Below are positions 37,096 to 46,161 of a stretch of 64,000 bases of DNA, piece by piece. A program made the position numbers and the translations under genes. The DNA lies in assembly GCA_963781695.1 (NCBI GenBank), contig CAWAGE010000001.1, positions 79,127-143,126 of the forward strand. Reading direction: 5' to 3'. The DNA comes from an uncultured Actinomycetota bacterium (lineage in GTDB: Bacteria; Actinomycetota; Actinomycetes; Propionibacteriales; Nocardioidaceae). The notes under the pieces were generated by a model. That model saw only the letters and a list, made by a program, of their open reading frames with translations, was not told where the DNA came from and made no database searches. Position 1 is the first letter of the stretch. Every line of letters starts with the position of its first letter.

Positions 37096-38106
37096 TCACT
37101 GCGAGATGCCGGCCAGCTCGGCGGCCGCGAGCAGGTTGCCGGCGGCGAACTCGAGACCACGGACCTGGTCGAAGGAAGCGTCCTCGTGCTCGATGTTGAC
37201 CGCGAGCGAGGGGTTGACCTTCTCCAGGGCAGTGAGGAAGCGGGACCAGAAGTCGACGTCGTGGCCCCGTCCCACCGCCACGAACGACCAGCCGGGGACC
37301 GCCGGCCAGCGGGTCACGGTGTAGTGGCCACCCAGCCCGACCGGGTTCTCCTCGGCGGGGATCCACTCGAACCGGTCGTCCAGCACGCCGTTGACGGCCG
37401 CGGTCTCGTGGATCAGCGTGTCCTTGGCCGCCGCGAAGAACACCAACGGGCCCAGGTCCTCGATGGCGCGCACGGGGTCGATGTGCTGCCAGAACAGGTG
37501 GCTGGGGTCCATCTCCGCACCCACGTGGCTCGCAGCGCCGTCGGAGGTGGTGGCCTCGACCAGGCGCTTGAGCGTGGCGGGGTTGAAGACGAGGTTGTGC
37601 GGGTGCATCTCGATGGCGACGCGGACGTCGCTCTCCGCCGCCAGCTGCTGGATGTCCTTCCAGAACGGTATCGCCACCTCGTTCCACTGGTAGTCCAGCG
37701 TCTCCTTGTAGACCGAGTCCCACGGGATGACCGTCCAGGAGGGCCGGCTGCCGCCGGGGTCGGTCGCCGGCAGCCCCGACATCGTGATGACGGTGTCGAT
37801 GCCGAGCAGGCCGGCCAGCTTGATCGTGCGCTTGAGGTCCTCGGCGTGGGTGATCTCCGGGTCCGGGTGCAGCGGGTTGCCGTTGCAGTTCAAGGCGGTG
37901 AGCTCGATGCCGTGGTCGGCGAAGGTAGCGAGGTAGCGCTCGCGGGCCTCGGCGCTCTCGAGGAGCTCCTCGACCGGGAGGTGGGGGGTGCCGATGAAGC
38001 CACCGGCGTTGATCTCGGCGCTGGTCAGACCGAGGTCGCGAAGGATCTCCAGTGCCTTCTCCAGGGGCTTGTCGTGCAGGCAGGCGGTGTAGGCGCCGAG
38101 CTTCAT
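37096..38106 (-). CDS. sugar phosphate isomerase/epimerase (xylose-isomerase-like TIM barrel)
   Basis: MKLGAYTACL, IEMHP, EMDPSHL, AAKD, NIEHED. Confidence 0.85.
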   Translation of the reverse strand: MKLGAYTACLHDKPLEKALEILRDLGLTSAEINAGGFIGTPHLPVEELLESAEARERYLATFADHGIELTALNCNGNPLHPDPEITHAEDLKRTIKLAGLLGIDTVITMSGLPATDPGGSRPSWTVIPWDSVYKETLDYQWNEVAIPFWKDIQQLAAESDVRVAIEMHPHNLVFNPATLKRLVEATTSDGAASHVGAEMDPSHLFWQHIDPVRAIEDLGPLVFFAAAKDTLIHETAAVNGVLDDRFEWIPAEENPVGLGGHYTVTRWPAVPGWSFVAVGRGHDVDFWSRFLTALEKVNPSLAVNIEHEDASFDQVRGLEFAAGNLLAAAELAGISQ

Positions 38107-38213
38107 GGTGGTCACTCTCTCTGTGGGGGCCGTGGGGGTCGCGGGACTGTGTTGCTGTGGGGCTGCGGTGAACGTGGAACGCGGATGGTGACGAGTGGCG
38201 CCTGACCGGAGGG

Positions 38214-39392
38214 TCAGATGAGGGCGACCGCCCGGCCGCCGTCGAGCGCGCTGCGCGTGATGGCGGCCTGCACCTCCATGTTGTGCAGACCGGCAGCCAG
38301 CGTCGGCAGCGGGGCCAGCTTGCCCAGGCCGGCGACCTGGTCGAGGAAGGCCCGCGCCTGCCAGGCGAAGAGGTCGTTCTGGCCGTGGCCGACCGAGGGG
38401 AAGTCCATCGCAAGGCCCTTCTCGAGGCCGGGGTGCGCAGGGCCGACCAGCACCGTGCGGGTCCCGTTGGTCGCCGCGTCGGGACCGTGGTCGGCGAAGG
38501 TGAACTCGCTGGGCCGGTTGAGGTCGAAGGACGCGGCACCGTCGGCGGCGTAGAGCTCGAAGCCGAGCCCGTTGGGCAGCCCGTGGGAGATGCGGCTGAT
38601 CGAGAAGGTCCCGACGGCGCCGTTGGCGAAGCGGGCCGTGAACGTGGCGATGTCCTCGTTCTCGACCGGCTCGGTCTTGTCACCGACCGCACCGGCGGCG
38701 TGGCCGACCGTCGCACCCAACGGCACCGGGCGCTGGGTCGTGAACGTCTCGAAGACCGCGCCGCTGACGCTGGCGATGGGACCGCACAGGTACTCCCCCA
38801 GGTCGATCACGTGGCTGCCGATGTCGGCCAGCGCCCCGGTGCCCGGCCCGCCGCGGTAGCGCCAGCTGATCGGGTTGCTCGGGTTCTGGGCGTAGTCGCA
38901 CCAGTAGTGACCGTTGAAGTGGCGGGGCGCGCCGATGGCTCCGGCCTCGAGCCGGTCGCGGATGGCGTTGATGGCCGGCGTACGGCGGAACGAGAAGCCG
39001 ACCCCGGACTGGGACTCGGCGGCCTCGGCGGCGGCGACCATGGCGGTGGCGTCCTCGACGGTCGGCGCGAGCGGCTTCTCGCACAGGACGTGCTTGCCGG
39101 CGGCCAGCAGCGCCTCGACGACGGGCCGGTGCAGCTCGTTGGCGATGGCCACGGAGACGACGTCGATGTCGGGCGCGTCCACGATCGCCTGCCACGACGT
39201 CTCGGGGCGCTCGTAGCCGAACCGGGCGGCAGCGTCGGTGGCGAACGGCTCGTGGGCGTCGGCGACCGCGACCAGGCGGATCTCGGGCAGGTCGAGGTCG
39301 TAGAGCTGCGAGGCCACCCGGTACCCGGCGGCGTGGGCGCGACCGACCATGCCTGCGCCGATGACGGCAACGCCCAGTGATGATCTCGTCAT
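38214..39392 (-). CDS. Gfo/Idh/MocA oxidoreductase
   Basis: VIGAGMVG, CEKP, FRRTPA, GALADIGSH. Confidence 0.9.
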   Translation of the reverse strand: MTRSSLGVAVIGAGMVGRAHAAGYRVASQLYDLDLPEIRLVAVADAHEPFATDAAARFGYERPETSWQAIVDAPDIDVVSVAIANELHRPVVEALLAAGKHVLCEKPLAPTVEDATAMVAAAEAAESQSGVGFSFRRTPAINAIRDRLEAGAIGAPRHFNGHYWCDYAQNPSNPISWRYRGGPGTGALADIGSHVIDLGEYLCGPIASVSGAVFETFTTQRPVPLGATVGHAAGAVGDKTEPVENEDIATFTARFANGAVGTFSISRISHGLPNGLGFELYAADGAASFDLNRPSEFTFADHGPDAATNGTRTVLVGPAHPGLEKGLAMDFPSVGHGQNDLFAWQARAFLDQVAGLGKLAPLPTLAAGLHNMEVQAAITRSALDGGRAVALI

Positions 39393-39460
39393 GTCCTTGC
39401 TTCCTGTGAGGGTGGGCCGGGGCTCGACGTCCACGCTGGGGCGACATCGACGACGACGAG

Positions 39461-39499
39461 ACTAGCGCGCTCTAGTTCTATAGTCTAGAGCGCGCTAGT
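39461..39499. promoter_or_regulatory. paired LacI-type operators forming a perfect 15-bp inverted repeat
   Basis: ACTAGCGCGCTCTAG-N9-CTAGAGCGCGCTAGT, between the divergent gfo and lacI genes. Confidence 0.8.
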
Positions 39500-39559
39500 A
39501 TTTTCCCGTGCCGGCCTCGACCCACCCCGGGAACCGCGAGCCGAGAAGGGTCGGGACAG

Positions 39560-40570
39560 ATGCACCAGCACCGCGGCGCCGGGCACGTGACGCTGACCGA
39601 CGTGGCCAGAGAGGCCGGGGTTTCCCGGGCCTTGGCCTCGATCGTCTTGCGCGAGGCTCCCGGCGCGAGCGAGCAGAGCCGTGCGCGCGTCCTCGCGGTG
39701 GTCGAGCGGCTGGGCTACCGGCCGGACCTCCGAGCCAGGTCGCTGGCCAGCCTGCAGGCCCATGTCGTCGGCGTCCTGTTCGGCCGGGCGGGTCGGTTCC
39801 ATCTCGACCTCATCGACGGCCCGTACGCCGCGGTCGAGGCCCAAGGCTGGGACCTGGTGCTGAGCGCCCTGACGGCCAGCCGCAACGAGGAGCAGGCCCT
39901 CGGGTCGCTGCACGACCTGCGGTTCGACGCCTTGGTCATGCTGGGACCCGAGGTGGCCCGACCGCTGCTCGCCGGTGACGTGCCACTGGTGACGATGGGC
40001 TGGCAGGTCGACCATCCGCAGGTCGACAGCGTCCGCACCGACGACGACCACGGCATGCAGCTCGCGGTCGGCCACCTGACCGGGCTGGGCCACCGCCGCA
40101 TCGCCCATCTCCAGGGAGGCTCGGGTCTGATCGCGATCGCCCGCCGCGACGCGTACCTCCGGGCCATGCGCTCGGCGGGACTGCAGAGGCGGACGCGCGT
40201 CGTCGCATGCGACGGCGAGGACCAGATCGACGGGCAGCGGGCGGCGCGCGCGCTCGTGCAGGCCCGGGGGCTGCCGAGCGCCCTCATCGCGTTCAACGAC
40301 GACATCGCTGCCGCGGCGATGAGCGTGCTCGCCCAGGAGGGCGTCGGTGTCCCGGAGCGGGTCTCGGTCATCGGCGTCGACGACAGCGAGCTGGCGCGGA
40401 CACCCGGGATCGACCTCACCAGCATCCAGCAGCGTCCGCGGGAGATGGCGCGGCTCGCCGTGGAGCGTGCCATCGCGCGCAGCGCCACGCCCGACCTCCC
40501 GGCAGCCGACCTGGTGCTGCGACCGGAGCTCGTCATCCGGTCCACCACCGGACCCGTGGCAGCGCCATGA
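39560..40570 (+). CDS. LacI-family transcriptional regulator
   Basis: TLTDVAREAGVSRA..LGYRP, FNDDIA, VSVIGVDD. Confidence 0.92.
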   Translation: MHQHRGAGHVTLTDVAREAGVSRALASIVLREAPGASEQSRARVLAVVERLGYRPDLRARSLASLQAHVVGVLFGRAGRFHLDLIDGPYAAVEAQGWDLVLSALTASRNEEQALGSLHDLRFDALVMLGPEVARPLLAGDVPLVTMGWQVDHPQVDSVRTDDDHGMQLAVGHLTGLGHRRIAHLQGGSGLIAIARRDAYLRAMRSAGLQRRTRVVACDGEDQIDGQRAARALVQARGLPSALIAFNDDIAAAAMSVLAQEGVGVPERVSVIGVDDSELARTPGIDLTSIQQRPREMARLAVERAIARSATPDLPAADLVLRPELVIRSTTGPVAAP

Positions 40571-40637
40571 CCCGCCGGCGCCGACCCCTGCCGCTGCCGC
40601 CGGGCCGGCCGGCCTCGCCCCCTCCACCCCGCACGTC

Positions 40638-40680
40638 GAAGGGCCCCCGACCCGGCGTTCTGGCTGGTCAGGGGCCCTTC
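40638..40680. terminator. GC-rich hairpin between the convergent lacI and tRNA-Tyr genes
   Basis: GAAGGGCCCCCGACC..GGTCAGGGGCCCTTC (14/15 complementary). Confidence 0.6.
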
Positions 40681-40689
40681 GCGCAACAG

Positions 40690-40771
40690 TGGCAGGTGAA
40701 GGATTCGAACCTTCGAAGGCTAAGCCGACGGATTTACAGTCCGCTCCCATTGGCCACTCGGGCAACCTGCC
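40690..40771 (-). tRNA. tRNA-Tyr (GTA)
   Basis: GGCAGGTTGCCCGAGTGGCCAATGGGAGCGGACTGTAAATCCG..GGTTCGAATCCTTCACCTGCCA; long variable arm; full CCA not encoded. Confidence 0.97.
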
Positions 40772-40857
40772 GCAGCGGCCGGATTGTCTCCGGCGCGCCG
40801 GGAGGAAACAATAGCGCAGCACCGATCCCCCACCGAAATCCGGGAGGCACCCGACCC

Positions 40858-41349
40858 ATGGCCGACTCGTCGTTCGACATCGTCAGCAAGCTGGACCAGC
40901 AGGAGATCGACAACGCCATCAACCAGGCGCAGCGCGAGATCAGCCAGCGCTTCGACTTCAAGAACACGGGCGCGACCATCGAGCGGTCCGGCGAGCACGC
41001 GGTCGAGATCTCCGCGAACGCCGACGACCGGGCGAGCGCGGTGCTCGACGTGTTCAAGGACAAGCTCATCAAGCGCAGCCAGTCGCTGAAGGTGCTCGAG
41101 GCGGGCGAGCCCCGCCAGTCGGGGCGGGAGTCGAAGATCGCGGTCGAGCTCAAGGAGGGCATCTCCCAGGAGCAGGCCAAGAAGGTCGGCAAGCTGATCC
41201 GCGACGAGGGACCGAAGGGCGTCAAGGTGCAGGTCCAGGGTGAGGAGCTGCGCGTCTCCAGCAAGAAGCGCGACGACCTCCAGTCGGTGATCGCGCTCGT
41301 CAAGGGACAGGACTACGACTTCCCGGTGCAGTTCACCAACTACCGCTGA
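40858..41349 (+). CDS. yajQ: YajQ-family (cyclic di-GMP-binding) protein
   Basis: MADSSFDIVSK, QRFDFK, LRVSSKKRDDLQ, QFTNYR. Confidence 0.95.
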   Translation: MADSSFDIVSKLDQQEIDNAINQAQREISQRFDFKNTGATIERSGEHAVEISANADDRASAVLDVFKDKLIKRSQSLKVLEAGEPRQSGRESKIAVELKEGISQEQAKKVGKLIRDEGPKGVKVQVQGEELRVSSKKRDDLQSVIALVKGQDYDFPVQFTNYR

Positions 41350-41520
41350 CCCGGCATCGTTCTCGGCAGGACACAGCGGTGCAGGCGCGGTTGCAGTCCG
41401 CACCTGGACCGCAGAGCCTTCGTCGGGTCCGGCTTCTTCGAGTCTGACGTGCTGCATCCATGGCACCGCGAAGGCGGCTACCGGCTGAGCCGAGCGGACC
41501 CTGGCCTCCAGCACGGCCGC

Positions 41521-41823
41521 CTAGGCGAGCCGGCGCAGCCGGCGCACGACGAGCGGCTCGGCGAGAAGCTCGTCGAAGCGCGCCACGAACGTGGCCACGT
41601 GCCGGGTGCGGTCGTGAGCGTCGATGGCCGCCGTGTCGGCCCACCGTTCGTAGATCGAGAGCCGTGCCGGGTCGTCGTGGTCCTCGAGCAGGGTGTACTC
41701 CAGGCAGCCCGCCTCCTCGCGGCTCTGTCTGGTCAGCAGGGTCAGCGCTTCCTTGAGCACTGACTCCTGCCCTGCCCGGGCCACGAAGCTCGGCTGGAGG
41801 TGGACCACCCGGTCGGCGATCAA
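41521..41823 (-). CDS. ABM-family putative quinol monooxygenase
   Basis: SREEAGCLEYTL, IYERW, HDRTRH. Confidence 0.85.
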   Translation of the reverse strand: MIADRVVHLQPSFVARAGQESVLKEALTLLTRQSREEAGCLEYTLLEDHDDPARLSIYERWADTAAIDAHDRTRHVATFVARFDELLAEPLVVRRLRRLA

Positions 41824-43451
41824 CGGGTCCCCCTGCTCGTGGCGATGAACTCGGCGACCCGCCAGGCGTTCGCCATGATCGTCAGCGTCGGGTTGGCCCC
41901 GGTGGCCGTGGGGAACGGGCTGCCGTCCACGACGAAGAGGTTGTCCACCTCGTGCGCCCGGCAGTTGCGGTCGGTCACCGACGTGTCGGGGTCGTCACCC
42001 ATCCGGGCGGTGCCGTGCTGGTGCGAGCAGTTCCCGGTGACCTTCTCCGCGTACACCTTGGTCACGTCGTTGCCGCCGGCCGCCTCCAGGATCTCCCCGC
42101 AGCGGTCGACCAGGAAGCGACCCTGGGCGAGGTCGTTCTCGTGCGGGGTCAGCGTGATCCGGGCAACGGGCAGCCCCCAGGCATCCACGACCTTGTCGTC
42201 GAGGTCCACGCGGTTCTCGTGCTGCGGCATGTCGTGCAGAACCATGGCGACCGCCATCGAGTGGTTGAAGTAGTCGCGATCGACCTGCTTGGCCTCCGCG
42301 CCCCAGGTCGGCTTGCCGGGCAGGCCCCAGTTGATGGGGAGCGGGATGCCGACCCCGGCGGCCGCGATGTGGCCGCCGCTGACGAAGCCTCGCGATGCGT
42401 CGTGCTCGTAGAACTGGAAGCTGCTCGCCGAGACGTAGCCTCCACCCGCCCACGCGTTGATCGGGTCGTCGAAGGTGGCCACCGAGGCGCTGTACTCGTG
42501 GAAGGTCACGTTCCGCCCGACCAGGTCGTTGCTGTTGGCCAACCCGTGGGGGAAACGGGCGGAGGTCGACATCAGCATCAGCCGAGCCGTCTCCACCGCG
42601 CCGCACGCCAGCAGGAACACGTCGGCCTGCTGCTCGACCACGACACCGGCGGCGTCCTCGTAGACTGCGGCCTTGATCTGGCCGCGCTCGTCGAGCACCA
42701 GCTCTCGGACGTAGCAATCGGGGCGCAGCTCGTAGCGGCCCGTAGCCATGGCGTCCGGGATGAACACGTTCAGTGCGCTGGAACGGGTGCCGGTCGGGTC
42801 GCCGTGCTGCTGGGCGAACGCGCTGACCACGGTCGCCGGTCGCCCGTTGAACGGCCGGGAGAGTGCCGCCTGCGGTGTGGGGAAGGAGTTCCACCCGAGC
42901 TTCGCGCACCCGTCGTGGAACTTCTCCGCGTAGCGCGACTGCGGCATCGGCGGGCAGGGGTAGCCCCGGCGGCGCGGGCCCTCGACATGGTTCGCCCCCG
43001 CCTGCCCGGAGACCCCGAAGGCCCACTCGACCGCGTCGTAGTAGGGCTCGAGCTCCGCGTAGGTGATCGGCCAGTCCGCCAGCGTGGTGCCGGGAAGGTC
43101 ACCCGCCACGGTGCGCAGCCGGAAGTCGTTGGGAGTGAACCGGGGCAGCCAGCCCTGCCAGTGCACCGTTCCCCCGCCGACCATCTGAGGCACCGGACAG
43201 AACGGGTCGACCTCGCCGTCGGCGTCGGGCGAGGTCCGCGAGGTGCGCGGGTTCAGGATCGGGTCCGGCCACAGGTTGTACCGGTTGACGTTGGCGAGCT
43301 CGTCGCCGCCGAAGCTCTCCTTCGTTCGCCAGGGGCCCTTCTCCAGCGCGACGACGCGCAGGCCTCGCTCCGTCAGCACCTTGGCGGCGGCGGCGCCGGA
43401 GGCCCCGGCACCGATGATGACCGCGTCGACGCGCTCAGGCTTGGTGGTCAT
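41820..43451 (-). CDS. GMC-family flavoprotein dehydrogenase (keto-sugar/glycoside-3-dehydrogenase type)
   Basis: IIGAGASG, VGGGTVHW, HQHGTARMG, VVDGSPFPT..NPTLTI. Confidence 0.88.
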   Translation of the reverse strand: MTTKPERVDAVIIGAGASGAAAAKVLTERGLRVVALEKGPWRTKESFGGDELANVNRYNLWPDPILNPRTSRTSPDADGEVDPFCPVPQMVGGGTVHWQGWLPRFTPNDFRLRTVAGDLPGTTLADWPITYAELEPYYDAVEWAFGVSGQAGANHVEGPRRRGYPCPPMPQSRYAEKFHDGCAKLGWNSFPTPQAALSRPFNGRPATVVSAFAQQHGDPTGTRSSALNVFIPDAMATGRYELRPDCYVRELVLDERGQIKAAVYEDAAGVVVEQQADVFLLACGAVETARLMLMSTSARFPHGLANSNDLVGRNVTFHEYSASVATFDDPINAWAGGGYVSASSFQFYEHDASRGFVSGGHIAAAGVGIPLPINWGLPGKPTWGAEAKQVDRDYFNHSMAVAMVLHDMPQHENRVDLDDKVVDAWGLPVARITLTPHENDLAQGRFLVDRCGEILEAAGGNDVTKVYAEKVTGNCSHQHGTARMGDDPDTSVTDRNCRAHEVDNLFVVDGSPFPTATGANPTLTIMANAWRVAEFIATSRGTR

Positions 43452-44109
43452 GGTGGTCCTCCTGTCCGCGGTGCGCGCGGCTGTCGGCGAAGTAGTCGAG
43501 GGTGCTGTAGCGGCCGGTGTGGACCTCGGCGAGGTTGGCGGGACCGGGAAAGCCGATCACCTGCCAGCCGATCTGGTCCCTGTTGCCGCCGTAGATCGGG
43601 TCCGCCAGGAACCCCTGGCGAGTGTGGGTGACGAGCAGGTTGAAGAAGTCCATGTCCGCCTCGGCGTTGGTCTGCTGGAGTGCAGGCTCCACCGGTCCGC
43701 CGTACGCGATGGCCGGGGTGTCGCGCCAGGCGCGTTCCGCCTCGGGGCTGCCTGCCCGCTCGATGCGGCGCAGCATCTCGTCCTGCCGAGCGGCGTCGAG
43801 GTCGACGAACTCGACCTGGTGATGCTCGAGACAGAGCCGGTCCAGCTGCGCGATGCCGGCGACGTACTTGGACCGGGCAAGGTCGACCCGCTGCTGCCAC
43901 GCGTCGGCCCGGCGGCCCTGGAGTCGCTCGAAGCCGCTGCCGTCGGGAAGGGCGTAGATGTAGTCGATCCCCGAGAGGTAGCGATCGACGAAGTCGACGG
44001 TCCCGGCCTCCCGGGCCCCGGGGGTGTCGTCCGTCGGGATGATGCGCGCCATCGCCGCCTCGACGGTGGCGCGTTGGTGAGGGTCGAAGAAGGTCGCGTG
44101 AGTGGTCAT
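43435..44109 (-). CDS. gluconate-2-dehydrogenase subunit 3 family protein
   Basis: RIIPTDDTPGAREAG, GFLADPIYGGN, GFPG; no twin-arginine signal. Confidence 0.88.
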   Translation of the reverse strand: MTTHATFFDPHQRATVEAAMARIIPTDDTPGAREAGTVDFVDRYLSGIDYIYALPDGSGFERLQGRRADAWQQRVDLARSKYVAGIAQLDRLCLEHHQVEFVDLDAARQDEMLRRIERAGSPEAERAWRDTPAIAYGGPVEPALQQTNAEADMDFFNLLVTHTRQGFLADPIYGGNRDQIGWQVIGFPGPANLAEVHTGRYSTLDYFADSRAHRGQEDHHDHQA

Positions 44110-44139
44110 GGGTCCTCCGGAGGTGTCGGGAGTGCGGGA

Positions 44140-45060
44140 TCAGGCCACGATGAGCGGCCGGAGCGTTCGGTGGGCGACCGTCAGGCCGGTCTCGATCCGT
44201 TCCTCGGTGCCGCCCCAGACCGGGTCCTCGTGCTCCACGGAGAGCACACCGTCGAACCCGCCCTCGTAGAGCGCGTCGACCACCCTGACCCAGTCGACCT
44301 GGCCCAGCCCGGGAACGCGGTAGCGCCACCAGCCGACGTCCCAGGGGTCCTCACGCCCCACCGCCACGCCCGGCCAGCCGTAGTGGTTGCGCTTCTCCGG
44401 GAAGAGCTCGATGTCCTTCGCCTGGGCGTGCGCGACCTTGTCGACGTACGGCCGGACGGCCGCGACCGGGTCGATGCCCATCCACATCAGGTGGGACGGG
44501 TCGAAGTTGAGGTAGAGCCCGAGATCGAACATCCACTCCCACAGCTCGGGACTGTAGGCGAGGTTGCCCGGGTAGCCGTCGGGGTGCCAACCCTCCATGA
44601 CGCAGTTCTCGATGACGAGCTTGACGCCCTTCTCGCCCGCGTGGTCGACCAGGCGAGGGAACACCTGCTCGGCCATCCGCAGGTTCTCCGCCACCGACTT
44701 GCCCGGGTCTCGGCCCACGAACGTGCCGACGGTGGGGCAGCCGAGCAGGGCCGCGGCGTCCACGAGCGCCATCACGTGGTCGTTGACGGCGCGACGCTCG
44801 GCCTCGTCCGGGTGCAGGTTGTTGTCGTAGAACGCCAACGAGGACAGCGCGAGCCCGTGCTCGTCGAACAGCGACGAGACCCGCTCTGCCTCACCCGCGC
44901 CGAAGCCCTGGGCGTCGAGGTGGGTGGCGGTGAACGGTCGGTCGCCCAGGTCCGGCCAGGCCGCCACCTCCAGTGCCTCGTAGTGGTGCCTGGCCGCCCA
45001 CGTGACGATGTCCTCCAGGGACCGGTCAGGCAGGCAGGCGGTCAGGAATCCGAGCTTCAT
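44140..45060 (-). CDS. sugar phosphate isomerase/epimerase (TIM barrel)
   Basis: MKLGFLTACL, IENC, NFDPSHL, HAQAKD, SVEHED. Confidence 0.85.
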   Translation of the reverse strand: MKLGFLTACLPDRSLEDIVTWAARHHYEALEVAAWPDLGDRPFTATHLDAQGFGAGEAERVSSLFDEHGLALSSLAFYDNNLHPDEAERRAVNDHVMALVDAAALLGCPTVGTFVGRDPGKSVAENLRMAEQVFPRLVDHAGEKGVKLVIENCVMEGWHPDGYPGNLAYSPELWEWMFDLGLYLNFDPSHLMWMGIDPVAAVRPYVDKVAHAQAKDIELFPEKRNHYGWPGVAVGREDPWDVGWWRYRVPGLGQVDWVRVVDALYEGGFDGVLSVEHEDPVWGGTEERIETGLTVAHRTLRPLIVA

Positions 45061-46157
45061 GCGGGTACCTCGATCCAGGAGTCGGTCTTGGCAGAGTCGA
45101 GCACGGCCGCCGTGATGAGCGCGGCGCGGTGTCCGTCGGCGAAGGTCGGCAGCCCGGGGGCGACTCGTCCCGTCACTGCCGCGTAGGTGTCGGCCACGAA
45201 GGCGTTGAAGCAGTCCTGGTAGCCCTGCGGATGTCCGGCCGGAAGGAAGGAGAGGCTTCGCCCCTCCTCCGAGCCGAGGGTCTGCGGACCCCGGGGGACC
45301 ACCCGGTTCTCGGAGACACCACCGATCCACAGCGTGTCGGGCTGCTCCTGGTCGAACACGTAGGAGGACTCGGTGCCGTCGAAGGAGAACCACAGCTTGT
45401 TCTTGCGCCCCAGCGAGACCTGGCTGGCGACCACGGACCCGGTCGCCCCCTGGTCGGTCTCGAAGACCAGCGTTGCCCCGTCCTCCGTTCCCACCGGGCG
45501 GAGGCCGGCCGAGGTGACGCGTTCCGCGTGGGCGTTCGACAGCCGCGCCAGCAACCGGGTGATCCGATGACCGGTGACGAACTCCATCAGGTCGCACCAG
45601 TGCACCCCGATGTCGCCGAACGCCCGGGAGCCGCCACCGCGGCTCGGGTCCAGCCGCCAGTTGGTCTCGCTCCGGCCGGCGAGCCAGTCCTGCAGGTAGG
45701 AACCGTGCAGCAGCCAGAGCCTGCCTGCCTCGCCGGCGGCGATGCGGGAGCGGGCCTCCCGCACGGTCGGGTAGTAGCGGTAGACGAACGGTACGGCGTT
45801 CACGACGCCGGCCTGCCGGGCAGCGGAGACCAGCCGCTCGGCGTCGCCGACCGAGGTGGCGAGCGGCTTCTCGCAGACGACGGACTTGCCGTGCGCGATG
45901 GCCAGCTCGGCGAGCTCGACGTGGGTCGAGTTGGGCGTGCAGATGTGCACGACGTCCACGTCGTCGGAGGAGACCAGCGCCAGGGCCGACTCCGCCCCCG
46001 CCACAGCGCCCAGCCGTCGGGCTGCCTGCGCTGCCTGCTCGGGAGTCGAGTCCGCGACCCGGGTGAGGATGCCGCCGGCCGAGCGGATGGCGTGGGCGTG
46101 CACCCCGCCGATGAAGCCGGCGCCGATGAGGCCGGCACGAACAGGTGTGGTCGACAT
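45057..46157 (-). CDS. Gfo/Idh/MocA oxidoreductase
   Basis: LIGAGFIG, CEKP, HGSYLQDWL, GDIGVHW. Confidence 0.9.
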   Translation of the reverse strand: MSTTPVRAGLIGAGFIGGVHAHAIRSAGGILTRVADSTPEQAAQAARRLGAVAGAESALALVSSDDVDVVHICTPNSTHVELAELAIAHGKSVVCEKPLATSVGDAERLVSAARQAGVVNAVPFVYRYYPTVREARSRIAAGEAGRLWLLHGSYLQDWLAGRSETNWRLDPSRGGGSRAFGDIGVHWCDLMEFVTGHRITRLLARLSNAHAERVTSAGLRPVGTEDGATLVFETDQGATGSVVASQVSLGRKNKLWFSFDGTESSYVFDQEQPDTLWIGGVSENRVVPRGPQTLGSEEGRSLSFLPAGHPQGYQDCFNAFVADTYAAVTGRVAPGLPTFADGHRAALITAAVLDSAKTDSWIEVPA

Positions 46158-46161
46158 CAGG

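Noticed and set aside
40690-40771. attL/attR duplication of the tRNA-Tyr 3' end
   Set aside because: No second copy was noticed in the window and no integrase is present.
41350-41520. Rrf2-like fragment (REGGYRLSR)
   Set aside because: Too short to distinguish from chance.
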